Made by a program: the position numbers and the translations under genes
Part shown: one piece after another, positions 19,705-29,299 of the stretch
How positions within the stretch are numbered: position 1 is the first letter of the stretch
Layout: every line of letters starts with the position of its first letter
From: Candidatus Poseidoniaceae archaeon
GTDB lineage: Archaea; Thermoplasmatota; Poseidoniia; Poseidoniales; Poseidoniaceae
Direction: 5' to 3'
Assembly: GCA_049616955.1 (NCBI GenBank)
Contig: JBMZIJ010000002.1
Coordinates: 25,972 to 89,971 of the forward strand
DNA: 64,000 nt
The notes under the pieces: generated by a model
What the model saw: only the letters and a program-made list of their open reading frames with translations
Databases searched by the model: none
Told to the model about the DNA's origin: nothing

Positions 19705-19981
19705 CAGCTTCACCCGACGCAAGAATCTGTTCCTCAAGAGACGCGATGTGCTGCTCAAGAAGTTGAATCCTCTCGTGAGCGCCAAGAAGCATTGACAAGA
19801 GCATCGGCTTCCATGCTTCGTGAGCGGGAAGCATCCCCCCTGCTGCTCGACGCATGCGCACGTCATGGAGCATGCTATCAAATCGGCAACGATCTTCTTC
19901 TGAGAGCGCTCGCCGGTACGGAACGAGTACCTCGATTTCTTGCTCTACACGCCCTCGCCAGGTCGGTACAGTACGTCCCAT
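19688..19981 (-). CDS. Small helical protein typically encoded upstream of PolB2 (arCOG07300-like)
   Basis: MGRTVPTWR..YRRALSEEDR..F..M, C-terminal coiled coil. 3' end overlaps the polB2 start. Confidence 0.8.
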   Translation of the reverse strand: MGRTVPTWRGRVEQEIEVLVPYRRALSEEDRCRFDSMLHDVRMRRAAGGMLPAHEAWKPMLLSMLLGAHERIQLLEQHIASLEEQILASGEADDESD

Positions 19982-20027
19982 AAACCCTGAACAACGAACC
20001 ATAGGGAAGCGTTGTGAGAACCCCTCC

Positions 20028-20040
20028 TGAAAAGTGAAAA
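20028..20040 (-). promoter_or_regulatory. Candidate DNA-damage-responsive element TTTTCACTTTTCA upstream of the PolB2 operon
   Basis: Tandem TTTTCA units about 47-59 nt upstream of ATG 19981. Core identical to 16588-16597. Confidence 0.55.
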
Positions 20041-20043
20041 TGG

Positions 20044-21030
20044 TCAAGAGAGATCGTTTCGATTAACGGTTGTTTCAGCCATTCCACCATCGAGAACGGT
20101 TAGGACTGCATCGACGATGTCAAGACCAACCCGACGTTGGGCTTCGATTGTTGCAGCACCAATGTGAGGTGTTCCATGAAAATTTTGGTGTTGCAAAAGA
20201 GGTGAAGAAGGGTCAACTGGTTCATGTTCAAACACATCGAGAGCAAGCGAGGAAAGTTGCCCAGATTCTAAGGCTTCAAGAGCAGCATCTTCGTCAACAA
20301 TACCTCCACGAGCACAGTTGACAATGTGATTTCCACACGCAAGATTGAACGGATCAACGCCTGGCATCATCTTGATTCTCTTTTGGTTGATGAGGTGATG
20401 CGTTTCTTCAGTTAGATTGCAGTGAACGGAAATGTGTGTGCATAGTTTGAACAAATTGTCGATGTTCTTGTGCATCGTTACGCCCGCTTTCTTTGCAATT
20501 GAAAGAGGCAGGTAAGGGTCGTAGGAATGTACTTCCATACCAAATGCGCGAGCAACCGCTGCTACCCCTTGGGCAATGCGACCGAATCCGATGAGACCGA
20601 GTCGCTTTCCATAGAGTTCTGTTCCTTTGAGTTCTTTTTTTGCCCAATCTCCGGACCGCAGCGAACGATCTGCACGAGGAATAAATCGAAGTGAAGAAAG
20701 CAAATGACCGACTGTGAGTTCCACGACGCTTTGCGTACTTGCCCTTGGTGCATTGACCACTGGAACACCAATTTTGGAAGCAGCGTCGATGTCAATATTG
20801 TCGACACCGACACCTGCTCGAGCAACGACTTTGAGTCGTGGTTGGCTAACGGCCAACATCTCTTCAGTGATTTTCGTCGCACTGCGGACGATGATAGCAT
20901 CAAATTCAGCAAGTGCTCCTTGAACCAATTGTTGGTGTTCGATGAATTCCTGAACCACCTCGCAACCAGCATTCTCAAGTCTCTTCACAGCTTCTTCAGC
21001 CATCCCGTCGGTGACAGCAACTCTGCGCAT
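20044..21030 (-). CDS. serA: D-3-phosphoglycerate dehydrogenase-like D-2-hydroxyacid dehydrogenase (no ACT domain)
   Basis: IVRSATK, ARAGVGVDNID, LGLIGFGRI, VNCARGGIVDE, LDVFEHEP, TPHIGAAT. Confidence 0.8.
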   Translation of the reverse strand: MRRVAVTDGMAEEAVKRLENAGCEVVQEFIEHQQLVQGALAEFDAIIVRSATKITEEMLAVSQPRLKVVARAGVGVDNIDIDAASKIGVPVVNAPRASTQSVVELTVGHLLSSLRFIPRADRSLRSGDWAKKELKGTELYGKRLGLIGFGRIAQGVAAVARAFGMEVHSYDPYLPLSIAKKAGVTMHKNIDNLFKLCTHISVHCNLTEETHHLINQKRIKMMPGVDPFNLACGNHIVNCARGGIVDEDAALEALESGQLSSLALDVFEHEPVDPSSPLLQHQNFHGTPHIGAATIEAQRRVGLDIVDAVLTVLDGGMAETTVNRNDLS

Positions 21031-21130
21031 GCTTCAAGCACGTCAATGAGGCGTTAGAACATTGGGTTTGTACTGGATTCTTCACAATGGATTGATAGGA
21101 AGGGTAAATCTGGATAGTTTCGGTGAGCCT

Positions 21131-22276
21131 ATGGCAGCAGAGATTGATGTCCAATCACTGATATGGGCACTCGGCATCCTCGCAGTGCCTGTCTTGACGG
21201 CCATTCCGCTCAGATTTATTTGGCAATATTGGATTGGTGGTAGCCACGAAGAATCAGAATACAGAACCACCGTACGACAAATTATTGATTCTGGTCGCCA
21301 ACTCGAAAGTTACAGGAATTCACTCAACGATGTCGCTAGAAGTCTGAGAATTACCCCCTCACGGCAACGATTGATTGAAGCAGATATTTTGAACCCCCTT
21401 TCCATCTCACACTTTCTCATTTTACCTGCATTGATCATCTTCCCACTTGCCTTCATTGTTGCACTTCCAGTAATGCTCGTCGGCCTACCTGTCATTCTTC
21501 TCGTTGAATTTGTACTCATACGACAACGCATTCTCATTCGAATCATGAGTCTCATTGAACGGAGTATGCATTGGCAAATTATTCACATTCCACAAGCACA
21601 TCGTGGAAGTCCTGCACAAGAACGGAACTATACCGAATTTTCACAACACATTGAACACTTTCACAAAGTACCGCGAGGTGTTTTTCTTGGACTGTTTGCT
21701 TATCTCATCGTTCATTGGATTTTCAAATTGGACAACTTTGGAACCGAAATCATTCTTTCCTCACTTTTGTACATCGCATTGCTCGCATTGGTCGGAGTAT
21801 TATCCACCGCCTTTGAAACAGACCTGGTCTTTGTCGATCCTTCCAAGGGACGATTAATCCCGATCGACCAATGGGTTGAATCGCTTCTCAAGCCCCTTGT
21901 CGGCGTTGGTTTGGTTTTCCTTCTTGGCCGGGATCTCCTCGAAGAAGCACGGGGAGGCAACGCCGCATTGTTTGCAACAACCTTCCTTGCTATTCTCTAT
22001 GGAGCAGCAATCGTTGGAATTGCTTACCAATGGGGATATTCATCATGGCGAGGTCGAAAAGTTCAGCGTTCGTTTGAACAACAAGTCATCGAAACACTCG
22101 ATCCTCTCTCCTACGATTTGACCCGTAGTAAGGGACGTATCGAATTCATTGTCAGAAAGCCAATGGCTGAACGTTTGCAAGAAATTGAGGAAATCCATAC
22201 CGGACAACTGACCTTTGAAGACCTTGAATCGATGCCGAGTAGTGCACCAAAGGAAGCACCGCAGAACCCACTCTAA
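21131..22276 (+). CDS. Hypothetical integral membrane protein
   Basis: About 7 hydrophobic segments. GGTGA SD before ATG 21131. Confidence 0.75.
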   Translation: MAAEIDVQSLIWALGILAVPVLTAIPLRFIWQYWIGGSHEESEYRTTVRQIIDSGRQLESYRNSLNDVARSLRITPSRQRLIEADILNPLSISHFLILPALIIFPLAFIVALPVMLVGLPVILLVEFVLIRQRILIRIMSLIERSMHWQIIHIPQAHRGSPAQERNYTEFSQHIEHFHKVPRGVFLGLFAYLIVHWIFKLDNFGTEIILSSLLYIALLALVGVLSTAFETDLVFVDPSKGRLIPIDQWVESLLKPLVGVGLVFLLGRDLLEEARGGNAALFATTFLAILYGAAIVGIAYQWGYSSWRGRKVQRSFEQQVIETLDPLSYDLTRSKGRIEFIVRKPMAERLQEIEEIHTGQLTFEDLESMPSSAPKEAPQNPL

Positions 22277-24807
22277 TCTTCGATAAGTTCCGCATCAATC
22301 GATGTTGATACCAAGAGTTTGGGTTCATCGGTTCGCGAAGAACGAACAAGATACCCAATTCCGATAGCACTCAAAAGAACAAACAAAAAGAAGAAGCTTG
22401 CAGCTCCAAAATAATCGGAGAACAAATCACCAAGTGCTGAAAAGAATCCTTCATCACCAGTATCCGTAACGGTAACTTTGGGTTGGATGAGATCAACAAC
22501 AGCTTGTTGGTCGTAAACAGGACGGGTAAACGTCAACATGCCATCGTAATCTGAATCATAAGCATCTGAAGGAGCGGCTGGATCAAGGTCGGAATAGAAG
22601 TCCGGCCGTTGTTCAATCGAAATGTCCACAGGTTCACTCAAATCGAGCGTTAACGTCACATCGACCGTATACGGAATTCGTGATTCAAAGAATTCAGGAT
22701 CGTTGAGAATGCCAAGGAATGTGAACGCTTGCCCGGTTACGTCAAAATGCGCCCATGAATTCCAATGCGAAGATTCAACATCCAAATCACAAATCCATGC
22801 GTCAGATACTCGACTGCACGAACCTTGAGCGTCATTGCTCCCATCTTCTCCGAGATCAATTTCGAGCTGTAAAGCGCCACCTTGAGCCGTATCCAAATCA
22901 AACTCAGTAGGTACGAATCGAGCTTCCATTTGTGTTGTTCCGTTCGGTATCCAAACATAGTGGGAATCTTCGGTATAGTATACAGCACCTGTTGCCCCGT
23001 TGTTGAAGTGGTTCCAATCGCCCTTCCAACTGTGACTGACACGGTCGGTATTGACGGGAATTGAGGCTTCAACCATCATGGATTCATAGATGTCCCATGC
23101 ATCCCAGACCGTGTACTCAGGGTGGTCAACGAAGCCATCACCATCTTGGTCACGCATTAATTGAAGCGTTCGTGCCAACGCCATGGCAGCATCAACATCA
23201 GTTAGTCCATGCCCGATTCGCCAGTCATGGCATTCACCTGTTGCTGAACGATAACATTCAGCAGGGATATCGTTGCATGAATCTTCACTGTTTCCATCCT
23301 CACATGAATTCGCCATTCCTTCGTATCGTGCCGTGAGTTCAAGAATCAGTTCAAGTTCATGAACTCGGGAATAATTTGCAGTGTCCCAATCTTCAAACTG
23401 ACCGTATGCTGCAGTTCCCTCGCCTCCTACGAGACTGTCTCCTTCATCATGATCCTCGCGATGGTAATCTGCAACACCCAGTGAAGGAGCGATGTCGAGG
23501 ATAACACCGGCCATACCACCGACGTGTGGAGTGGCCATTGAAGTTCCCGAGATGGCCATGTAGTACAGGTCTCCTTGCGTTCGTGTGCTTGCGTCAATCG
23601 CAGTACCACGAGGGGCAGTTGCCCAAATGTCTCGTCCAGGGGCGCCGACATCTGGCCACGTGTGTTGCTGATTCATGCAGCCACGAGAAGAGAAAGAGGT
23701 CACTTGTGTACCATCGTGTGTGAGCGCTGCTACGGATATTGCCGAGGGTGTGTTGGCATACACGTTGGTTCTCAAATCGCCACCACATTCGCCGCCACCA
23801 CCGGAACCGCCTGAATTTGAGGCTGCAAAAATTACAGCAACACCATTGTCAAACGTCAATTTGTCTGTTATGGTAGCGATGGCGCCGTTTGGGTCGTAGT
23901 CCCCATCGGTTCCCCAAGAATTGGAAACGACACGGATGTGATACGGGTTTTGGGAAGGTACGGAATGTTCGTATGTCCACTCCAAGCCTTGTTCTGCTGC
24001 GAAAATTGATGCACCATCACCGGTTCCGAGTGCAACCATTTGTCCACCTTTCGCAACCCCTGCCCTTCGGCCAGCAGAGGCATCGCCATTGCCTGCGATG
24101 GTACCTCCGACGTGCGTACCGTGTCCGGAAGAAGTGTCAGAATTTCGAGTCTCAGTCCACACACCGTTCCATTTTGCCGAATAGATGACTTTCTCTCCAG
24201 TCCATGGCTCGAGATAATCGAAGTCGGGATGACCCGCATCAACACCGGTATCAAGGTCAACAATTGCCGTTCCATCGCCATCCCATTCCGTGAACGCATT
24301 GTCCGTTTCGAAGAGAACATTCCCATCAACATCGATGATAGCTCTGTGCCAAGCATCTGTGGCACGAACGATGTGTGTTGTTTCATGCATCATGATGGAA
24401 GGATCGGTTGGATCACCACCCCAGTCTGGAGGAAGATAAAAGAAATCCAACTCACGATTGAGTTCAAGATACTCAATTCGATCCCAGTTTGAAAGTTTGC
24501 GTAGTACATCAGTGGGTGCTTCAATCAAACCACCATCGATCAATTTTGCTTCATGGAGATGGGTTGCGCCAACCTTTGAGAGATACGCCAAGTCTCTGTC
24601 TGTTACTGGAGAATTCAGTTGAAAGATGACCTCAAACGATTCATCGACTCGCTCAGCAGATTGAAGCGCTGACTCAAGAGCGCTGTCCATTTTGCTTACG
24701 TCACCATACGGATTGGTTCCTTGCACAAGTGGCGAAGTTAACGAAAGTAAGAATACCAGTTGAAGGAAAAAAACCAAATGGATTTTCTTACGTTGCCTTT
24801 TGGACAT
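22273..24807 (-). CDS. Secreted, C-terminally anchored S8 (subtilisin-like) serine peptidase
   Basis: Signal peptide, propeptide, triad VDLDTG / SGHGTHVGG / SGTSMATPHV, C-terminal TM helix. Confidence 0.93.
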   Translation of the reverse strand: MSKRQRKKIHLVFFLQLVFLLSLTSPLVQGTNPYGDVSKMDSALESALQSAERVDESFEVIFQLNSPVTDRDLAYLSKVGATHLHEAKLIDGGLIEAPTDVLRKLSNWDRIEYLELNRELDFFYLPPDWGGDPTDPSIMMHETTHIVRATDAWHRAIIDVDGNVLFETDNAFTEWDGDGTAIVDLDTGVDAGHPDFDYLEPWTGEKVIYSAKWNGVWTETRNSDTSSGHGTHVGGTIAGNGDASAGRRAGVAKGGQMVALGTGDGASIFAAEQGLEWTYEHSVPSQNPYHIRVVSNSWGTDGDYDPNGAIATITDKLTFDNGVAVIFAASNSGGSGGGGECGGDLRTNVYANTPSAISVAALTHDGTQVTSFSSRGCMNQQHTWPDVGAPGRDIWATAPRGTAIDASTRTQGDLYYMAISGTSMATPHVGGMAGVILDIAPSLGVADYHREDHDEGDSLVGGEGTAAYGQFEDWDTANYSRVHELELILELTARYEGMANSCEDGNSEDSCNDIPAECYRSATGECHDWRIGHGLTDVDAAMALARTLQLMRDQDGDGFVDHPEYTVWDAWDIYESMMVEASIPVNTDRVSHSWKGDWNHFNNGATGAVYYTEDSHYVWIPNGTTQMEARFVPTEFDLDTAQGGALQLEIDLGEDGSNDAQGSCSRVSDAWICDLDVESSHWNSWAHFDVTGQAFTFLGILNDPEFFESRIPYTVDVTLTLDLSEPVDISIEQRPDFYSDLDPAAPSDAYDSDYDGMLTFTRPVYDQQAVVDLIQPKVTVTDTGDEGFFSALGDLFSDYFGAASFFFLFVLLSAIGIGYLVRSSRTDEPKLLVSTSIDAELIED

Positions 24808-24845
24808 AAACCGACCACACGAAGGCACTTCAAATGTGTTTGCAC

Positions 24846-25553
24846 TTACTGTGAGAGCCATGGAATCTCGTCAGGAATTTCAGCGAACAGATTTGCTGGA
24901 AGTGCTGTTTTGATTTTCGATACAGAGCCAAGTTGTTCGGCTGTTTTGGTTTGCCATTCAACAAATTGGTCAAAACTCGTCATCATCAGGATGGGGTTGT
25001 GGAGGCGATTCCATCCCAACGTTTGCAATTCTGTACCAGGTGGTTCATGACCACTGCAAACGAGAACATCATCGGGTAAATTCGAGAGTGATTGAATGGA
25101 ATCCCAGTGTTCCTTCAAGCGTCCACTCGGCAGGTCATCTCTCCCAACACCTGCGTTTCCATTGAACAAAAAGTCACCTGTGAAGATATGCCCCTCGACA
25201 CGGATAATCATCGAGTCACTCGTGTGGCCTGGCACGTACTGGAAGGAGTATTCAACACCAGCAATCGTAAGCGATGAGGTTTCATCGACATAATCCGTAA
25301 CACCAAGTGAAGCAGTATCCTTCCACATGTAAAACGGGATTTCTCTCTCTTGTGAGAGGGTGAAGCATGCTGTAATATGATCAGCATGGGTATGGGTCGC
25401 CATGCATGCTACAAGTTCAAGTCCACGTTGTCCTAAGACGGATTCGTAATGCTGGATGTAATCCCATACAGGATCGATAAGTACTGCTTGTCCGTCGTTT
25501 GCAACAAGATATGTGCAGGCCCAACCCTCTGGCCGAATGTCCTCAACTTGCAT
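24846..25553 (-). CDS. MBL-fold metallohydrolase, persulfide dioxygenase (ETHE1)-like
   Basis: VLIDPV, THTHADHIT, PGHT, FTGDFLF, GRDDLP, SGHE, LPANL. Confidence 0.85.
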   Translation of the reverse strand: MQVEDIRPEGWACTYLVANDGQAVLIDPVWDYIQHYESVLGQRGLELVACMATHTHADHITACFTLSQEREIPFYMWKDTASLGVTDYVDETSSLTIAGVEYSFQYVPGHTSDSMIIRVEGHIFTGDFLFNGNAGVGRDDLPSGRLKEHWDSIQSLSNLPDDVLVCSGHEPPGTELQTLGWNRLHNPILMMTSFDQFVEWQTKTAEQLGSVSKIKTALPANLFAEIPDEIPWLSQ

Positions 25554-25633
25554 GGTTAGGCGTACACAAGGTTCTACTTCAACTCATTCTCTCAAAGACG
25601 AGGCTTGATGAGGGACGACAACGAGCGCTATAC

Positions 25634-26356
25634 ATGCACCCACAGAACGTTGTCTATCTTGAGCACGACGGGAAACTTCTGTTGGTCGACCAGAACGGCA
25701 CTGGACCTCAAGATTGCGTCATGGGGCGACAAGAATCTGATGTTTGGCTACGCTTTCCTACCCCAGACGAAGTTGAACAATATGGAATTGAATGGGTTGA
25801 AGAACGTCACACTGACATTCGATTTGGTGGCGAAATCTACACTGTGATTCATGGTTCACCGCTCATTGATTGGCCAGAACACTGGACTTGGAAGGACAAG
25901 GTCATTTCTGATAACGCAGTTCACCCCGTTGCTCGTGAAGCAGTTTATCGTTCCATTCACCGCCTGGTTTCAAAGGCCATTGTTCGCAATCAATCGGATC
26001 AAATTCTCATGGTCAAAGTGGAACGTGGATTTTTCAAAGGGTATTGGGGTCTACCTGGAGGATACATGAACCACAGCGAGGAACCCGCTGAAGGATGTGT
26101 CCGAGAAACACAGGAAGAACTTGGCATAACCGTTGAGTTGGAACAACGAAAACCTGTCATCACACAACGTTCGTTTTTCCGTGATGGAGTGTCCTTTGTA
26201 AGTTTCACATATTGTGGACGATGGGATGGTTCCATTGAAGAATTGAAACTCAAAGAAGGAGAAATTGAGGAGGCATCATGGTTTTCTCTCGAAGAAGCAA
26301 TCGCAAGCGCAGCTTCTGAATTCGATCGAATCGCCCTCGAGTCGCTTCAAGATTGA
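25634..26356 (+). CDS. NUDIX hydrolase with an extra N-terminal domain
   Basis: Nudix box GGYMNHSEEPAEGCVRETQEELG. Confidence 0.88.
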   Translation: MHPQNVVYLEHDGKLLLVDQNGTGPQDCVMGRQESDVWLRFPTPDEVEQYGIEWVEERHTDIRFGGEIYTVIHGSPLIDWPEHWTWKDKVISDNAVHPVAREAVYRSIHRLVSKAIVRNQSDQILMVKVERGFFKGYWGLPGGYMNHSEEPAEGCVRETQEELGITVELEQRKPVITQRSFFRDGVSFVSFTYCGRWDGSIEELKLKEGEIEEASWFSLEEAIASAASEFDRIALESLQD

Positions 26357-29196
26357 ATAAGTTCTTTCGCAGCATTCAATGCTTCATCAAGGCCAGTGGC
26401 ATCCGAACCGCCACCTTGCGCCATTGTTGGTCGCCCACCACCGCCACCCTTGATGTGCGGGATGATGGCACGGAGAATCTCGACGGCGTTGTATCGCTCA
26501 GCAGCGATGGTGTTCTCGGTGCATGCGACCATGATTTTTCCACCACCTTCTTTGGATCCCAAAATGGCCAAAGTTGGGTTCTGAGCATCCCTGGTGAGTT
26601 CCTGCAACATTGAGGTGAGTTGTTTCAAATTCCCTTCAACCTCCATGATGACGACACGTACACCATCTACTGATGTGGAATCATCACCGCCACCTGATGT
26701 GCGTAATCGCACAATTTCTGCCTCAAGTTGTTCTATTCGCTTTCGCTGCTCCTTCCATTCTGAGAAAAATCGCTCAGCCGTTTTTGGAAGATCTTCCGAG
26801 GAAACAGCAAATGTTTGAGATGTAGCACGAAGAAGTTCGTCCTGTTCTCGAGCAAATTTCAATGCAGATTCACCTGCTACGATGTGAAGGCGTTCAACGC
26901 CATCTTGGACCGCAGTTGAACGAACGACACGAATCGATCCGATTTGTCCAGGTTCATCGTGATGCGTTCCTCCACATGCTTGAACATCGTGATCTGAAAT
27001 CCTTAGGACGCGAATTTCGTTTCCTTTTGGCGCCCCACCTTGATACAGATCGAAGCCATGTTTTTTGTCCGCTTCATGACGTGGGAGGATGGTCTTCTCA
27101 GTTCGAGAAACCTGTCCAAGGACTTCGTTGGCTAAGATTTCAATGGCGTCCAAATCATCTCTTGTCAATCGACGATAATGTGTGATATCAAGGCGAGCAA
27201 GTTCCATTGATTTGTTTGCTCCTGCTTGGTAAATGTGAGGACCAAGAATACGACGTGCAGCACCACCAACAATATGTACGGCAGTGTGATGATCCATCAG
27301 TTGTTTTCGTCGGCGCCAATCGATTGCTCCGTGAACAAGATCTCCGATGTTCAGCGAACCATCGCACAAATGCAAAATGAGATCGCCCTCTTTTTGCGTA
27401 TCCAAAACTTGACAAGAGGTTCCATCCGTGGTAAGTGAACCGTAGTCACCTTCTTGTCCACCTCCCTCAGGATAAAAGCAAGACTCAGACAGTACAATGG
27501 CATGTGTTGCACCCTCTGGACCAGCACCTTCGGCAAGTGGGATTGAAGCCAAGACACTCGCATCAAACGTTCGTTGCTGAACATCGTTGTAATACAGAGG
27601 AATGGTTTCTGGCAATGAAGGCAATTCCTTCACCAATGATGATTGTTGGGTTGTTGCAGCAGCAGCCTTGGCCATCTTGGCATGACGTTCAGCCATTTCT
27701 GCTGAAAATCCTGTACGGAGACGCAGATGTGTCCATCCACTCTTCTGTGCCATGTTGATGACCATGTCTGGTGGTAGACCATGCGAATCGTTGAGTTGGA
27801 AAAGCAGTTCATCAGGCAATTGTTCCTCGTTTTTATCGATGGATTTCAGAGATTGATTAATGAGATTTGTTCCTTTTCTCAACACTTCACTGTACCGCTC
27901 TTCTTCCAAATTCATGATGGTCAACAAACCATCTCGAGTCTGTTTCATATCATGTCCAATCATGTTGACATCGAGATGGTGATGAATTAATTCTGATAGC
28001 GACACGTCGAGACCAAGATCGTCTCGCATTCGCAAAATGCGTCGCGCTAACATCCTTGCGAGATATCCAGCTTTTGCGTTGGAGGGAACGAGACCATCAC
28101 CGAGCATATGTGTAAGGGCATGCAAATGATCTGGAATTGCATAAATTCTTGACAACGGTTCGGTGATGGCTAAGAATTGCTCTTGGGTCAAATTGACACC
28201 CCGCTCAGCGAGTCGTGCAATGAATATCTGGGACAATTCGTCTGCATCGACACCCGGTTCGATGTTCATGATTCCGTTGAGTCGACTCATCTCACCAAGC
28301 AGACGGTCTAAATCGAGATCCGGCCATTGTGATGCGACTTTCGCAAAACCAGAGATGTCTTTCAGCCACTCAACGGTTTCTGGATAAATGGCTTCATAGA
28401 TCGTTGGCGTTCCTGCTGCCGCCCAACAAAACCGCTCTAAACCGTAGCCTGTATCGATGATTTGCAACGGCATTTCCTTGTACCGATCCCCCTTGAGCTC
28501 AATATCCCCATCTTCGGACTCTTCAAGATTCATGAAAACAAGAGTCGCCAATTCGAGCCCACCGACAATAACCTCAACCGCTGGCCCTGCATTTCCTCCA
28601 CCGCACCAAGGATTTTCGACATAGGTAATCTCTTTGTCTGAAATACCAAAGGTATCTGTAAGCATTGAGTGGCAAAACGCAACACATTCTTCCATCCAAT
28701 AATACATTTCACCCTTGTCAGGGCGATTGAACACATGGTGAGCCATCATCTCAAATGTGGTTAAGTGGCGACCCGAACGACCAACTGCATCAACGTCAGT
28801 CAATCGAATACAGGGTTGGGATATCGTGAGTGGATTTGCGGGCGGTGCAACCTGTCCAGATGTGACATGTGGTTGGAAATCAGCAATTGACGCAATGGTG
28901 AGATGAATGTCATCCCGCCAGCGGGCAAGAACCGGATAGGGTTCAACACGATGATGATCGTGTGTTTCAAAAAACGAGAGGAAGGCCTCACGCATTGCAT
29001 CCTTCAGCTCGCGACCCCGTTGCTCAAATCCTTCAATCAGTGGCTTTCCAATGAACGTGTATTCATCTTCATGTGTATCTCCACACGTAGTCCGCTCATC
29101 ATCGCAGGTCCAAAACCACAGGTCTGTGATGCTGCATTGTCGACGAACGTAACCATTGTCATGGAATACTGCCAAGTCAATTGGGGGTAGACTCAA
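26347..29196 (-). CDS. alaS: Alanine--tRNA ligase (archaeal type)
   Basis: YPVLARWRDD, ASIADFQP, GRSGRHLTTFEMM, IDTGYGLER, editing HHTAVH and CGGTH, GGGGG C-terminus. TTG start at 29196 preceded by GGAGG. Confidence 0.96.
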   Translation of the reverse strand: MSLPPIDLAVFHDNGYVRRQCSITDLWFWTCDDERTTCGDTHEDEYTFIGKPLIEGFEQRGRELKDAMREAFLSFFETHDHHRVEPYPVLARWRDDIHLTIASIADFQPHVTSGQVAPPANPLTISQPCIRLTDVDAVGRSGRHLTTFEMMAHHVFNRPDKGEMYYWMEECVAFCHSMLTDTFGISDKEITYVENPWCGGGNAGPAVEVIVGGLELATLVFMNLEESEDGDIELKGDRYKEMPLQIIDTGYGLERFCWAAAGTPTIYEAIYPETVEWLKDISGFAKVASQWPDLDLDRLLGEMSRLNGIMNIEPGVDADELSQIFIARLAERGVNLTQEQFLAITEPLSRIYAIPDHLHALTHMLGDGLVPSNAKAGYLARMLARRILRMRDDLGLDVSLSELIHHHLDVNMIGHDMKQTRDGLLTIMNLEEERYSEVLRKGTNLINQSLKSIDKNEEQLPDELLFQLNDSHGLPPDMVINMAQKSGWTHLRLRTGFSAEMAERHAKMAKAAAATTQQSSLVKELPSLPETIPLYYNDVQQRTFDASVLASIPLAEGAGPEGATHAIVLSESCFYPEGGGQEGDYGSLTTDGTSCQVLDTQKEGDLILHLCDGSLNIGDLVHGAIDWRRRKQLMDHHTAVHIVGGAARRILGPHIYQAGANKSMELARLDITHYRRLTRDDLDAIEILANEVLGQVSRTEKTILPRHEADKKHGFDLYQGGAPKGNEIRVLRISDHDVQACGGTHHDEPGQIGSIRVVRSTAVQDGVERLHIVAGESALKFAREQDELLRATSQTFAVSSEDLPKTAERFFSEWKEQRKRIEQLEAEIVRLRTSGGGDDSTSVDGVRVVIMEVEGNLKQLTSMLQELTRDAQNPTLAILGSKEGGGKIMVACTENTIAAERYNAVEILRAIIPHIKGGGGGRPTMAQGGGSDATGLDEALNAAKELIQS

Positions 29197-29299
29197 ACCA
29201 ACGCCTCCAGTTCTCGGGTGGTTGTCCGTCCTTTCAACCCTCGCTTTCAATATCGAAGAAAAGTGGAAATCATCAAATGAAAGATGTTGAACGACAACC

